Source: Polyangiaceae bacterium (GTDB taxonomy: Bacteria; Myxococcota_A; Polyangia; Polyangiales; Polyangiaceae). From it: DNA of 64,000 nt. The position numbers were made by a program, and so were the translations under genes. Below are positions 62,243-64,000 of this stretch, one piece after another. The stretch spans positions 128,001-192,000 of the forward strand of contig JBNKBE010000011.1 of NCBI GenBank assembly GCA_050287085.1, written 5' to 3'. Within the stretch, counting starts at the first letter, position 1. Each line of letters starts with the position of its first letter. Under the pieces are notes generated by a model. It was not told where the DNA came from, did not search any database, and saw nothing but the letters and a program-made list of their open reading frames with translations.

Positions 62243-64000
62243 TCAGTTGCAGACGGCGCTGTCGTCGTTGTCGTAGGAGCCGTAGTACCCCGCGTAATCG
62301 ACGAGCTGCTGCAGCAGCGCGTCCGCGGCGCACTGGGGCAGGACGGGGTTTTGCCTCAAGAAAAGGAATTCACCACCGCTCGCCCCTAGGGAGCTAAGCT
62401 TCGCGAGACCGCTGAGGCTTGCGAGGGTGCTGTTATTTTGAACCTTCATGTCTAGGCCGACGGAGACGAGACTGTCGAGACCAGAGAGGCTTGTGAGGGA
62501 GGGATCGCTTTCGACGATGAGGCTCCCGCCGATAGAGGTGACGTTGTCGAGGCCCCTCAGGCTCTCAAGTAGCGGGCTATCCGTGATGGCCAGGTCGCCG
62601 CCGACAGAGGTGATGTTTTCGAGTCCCCGTAGGCCTTTGAGGACCGGGTTGTAGGAGAGCGATAGGGCCCCGAGGCTTGTGAGCTTGCGAAAGGGAGTGA
62701 GATCCATGAGCACGGGGTTCGAGCTGATCGCCAGGGCCCCGACAGAGGTGAGGTGTTCGAGGGGGCTCAGGTCGTCAACGGGTGGAACGCGCATGGTCTC
62801 CCCCACGGAGGTGAGGTTTTCGAGCCCTTTGAGGCTGGTAAGAGAGTTAGCAGTCAGGGAGCCCCCGATCGTGGTGAGGTTTCCGAGACCGGCGAAGCTC
62901 GTGATTCGGGTGTCCTGGATGAAAAGATCGTCGCCGATTGAGCTGAGCCTTTCAAGGCCGGCTAGGCTCTCGAGAGCGGGGTTGTTCTCCAAGGTCAGAG
63001 AGCTACCGATATTCGTGAGACTTGAGAGGCCGCTGAGGCTGGTGAGAGTCGAGGACAAGCGGACCCAGAAGTCGCCCCCGACTGCGGTGAGCTTGCCGAG
63101 GCCGCTCAGACTTTTGAGCGATTCAGGGTTTTGAATTAGCAGTCGCCCGGTAACAATGGTGAGATTGTTGAGGCCGCTCAGACTCTCGAAGGCGCTTGAC
63201 CCAATCGCTAGGTCACCAACGCAGGTCAGGTTTTTGAGAGCGTCCAGGCTTCCGAGCGCGGTATTGCCGGCGATTGCTAGGCCGCCTGGAAGGGAGGTGA
63301 GTTCGAGGCCGTCGAGGCTCTCCAACCCTTCGTTCAGCCGGACTTCCAGAAAGCCCCCAATGAAAGCGAGACTCTCGAGACCGCCCAGATCCCTAAGCGC
63401 CGTGTTGCCGAACCGCATGCCATTCTCGTCCGTCACGGGCCCCAATGTCAGGTCGCCGGCGACCGACGTCAGATTGCGGAGCCCGTCGAGGCTCGTCAGC
63501 GAAGCGTTGCCGAGGAGCGCCAGGTTGCCGCCGACGGCAATGAGCGCTTCGAGGTCGCTCAGGCTTTCGAGGTCCAGCACTCGGATGTCCAAGTCACCGC
63601 TGATGGAGGTGCAGCCGCGCAGGCTCGCGAGATCCGCTTTTGACATAATCATGAACGAACCGTCGCATGGCTGAGCGTCAGCGATGCATTCGCCGATGAC
63701 GCACGGGTTGACCGCGTCGCAGGTGAGGTCTGGCATGGGGGACGCGCCGCGGGTTCCGGCCTCGGCACCTCCACTGCCGATACCGTACGCCGGAGAGCCG
63801 CCAGCGCCGTCTTCGTCAGCATGGGAGATGGACATGCCGCCCGCGAGCTCGCTGCCCGCATTTCCGCTCCCGCCGTCTCCAGCGACATCTTGTTCAGCCC
63901 ATTCTGCACCACCGGCTGGTCCAGTGCCATCAGCCGCCCCAGAGCCATTCGCCGCAGAAGCTTTGGAACTACTCTGTCCGCAGGCGCCTACCCAAGGGAC
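62243..64000 (-). CDS. Receptor L-domain / leucine-rich repeat lipoprotein, 5' partial
   Basis: Many SL.GL..LT.VGG.L.I..N..L repeats; frame open to the window edge with VGAC lipobox. Confidence 0.85.
   Translation of the reverse strand, partial: VPWVGACGQSSSKASAANGSGAADGTGPAGGAEWAEQDVAGDGGSGNAGSELAGGMSISHADEDGAGGSPAYGIGSGGAEAGTRGASPMPDLTCDAVNPCVIGECIADAQPCDGSFMIMSKADLASLRGCTSISGDLDIRVLDLESLSDLEALIAVGGNLALLGNASLTSLDGLRNLTSVAGDLTLGPVTDENGMRFGNTALRDLGGLESLAFIGGFLEVRLNEGLESLDGLELTSLPGGLAIAGNTALGSLDALKNLTCVGDLAIGSSAFESLSGLNNLTIVTGRLLIQNPESLKSLSGLGKLTAVGGDFWVRLSSTLTSLSGLSSLTNIGSSLTLENNPALESLAGLERLSSIGDDLFIQDTRITSFAGLGNLTTIGGSLTANSLTSLKGLENLTSVGETMRVPPVDDLSPLEHLTSVGALAISSNPVLMDLTPFRKLTSLGALSLSYNPVLKGLRGLENITSVGGDLAITDSPLLESLRGLDNVTSIGGSLIVESDPSLTSLSGLDSLVSVGLDMKVQNNSTLASLSGLAKLSSLGASGGEFLFLRQNPVLPQCAADALLQQLVDYAGYYGSYDNDDSAVCN

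Larger units (their letters stand above)
48125..64000. mobile_element. tRNA-Arg-associated decayed genomic island (right end not seen)
   Basis: Abrupt change from core genes to Rep, TA, HsdR and IS fragments right after the tRNA; no attR copy found in the window. Confidence 0.7.

Overview
GC-rich bacterial chromosomal window, most consistent with a myxobacterium (Polyangiales-like). This is inferred from MYXO-CTERM-type anchors, Cys-rich lipoproteins and ECF sigma/anti-sigma clusters. Bases 1-47.3 kb are core-like: a GT2, glutathione genes (GST, ggt, gshB), a giant CtpH/CtpI-like P-type ATPase, PhaR-like/ECF sigma/anti-sigma, glgP, rplU-rpmA, mutL-miaA, an S8 protease, TlpA and a P460-family cytochrome. 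At about 47.3-47.7 kb lies an ORF-free, hairpin-containing tract with about 17 YAAG/CUUR motifs next to a sigma54-type promoter, a candidate protein-sponge ncRNA and the most novel-looking signal here. tRNA-Arg(ACG) at 48051 marks the start of a decayed accessory island. It holds a reading frame running through the tRNA (possible split-integrase tail) coupled to a frameshifted HUH rolling-circle Rep, an intact MqsR/MqsA/SecB-like toxin-antitoxin-chaperone operon, a truncated HsdR, nested IS91-like, IS66, IS110 and IS3 remnants, a secreted metalloprotease operon and a receptor-L-domain repeat lipoprotein. All calls come from motif recognition by eye, no searches were run, and many start codons are my best guess.
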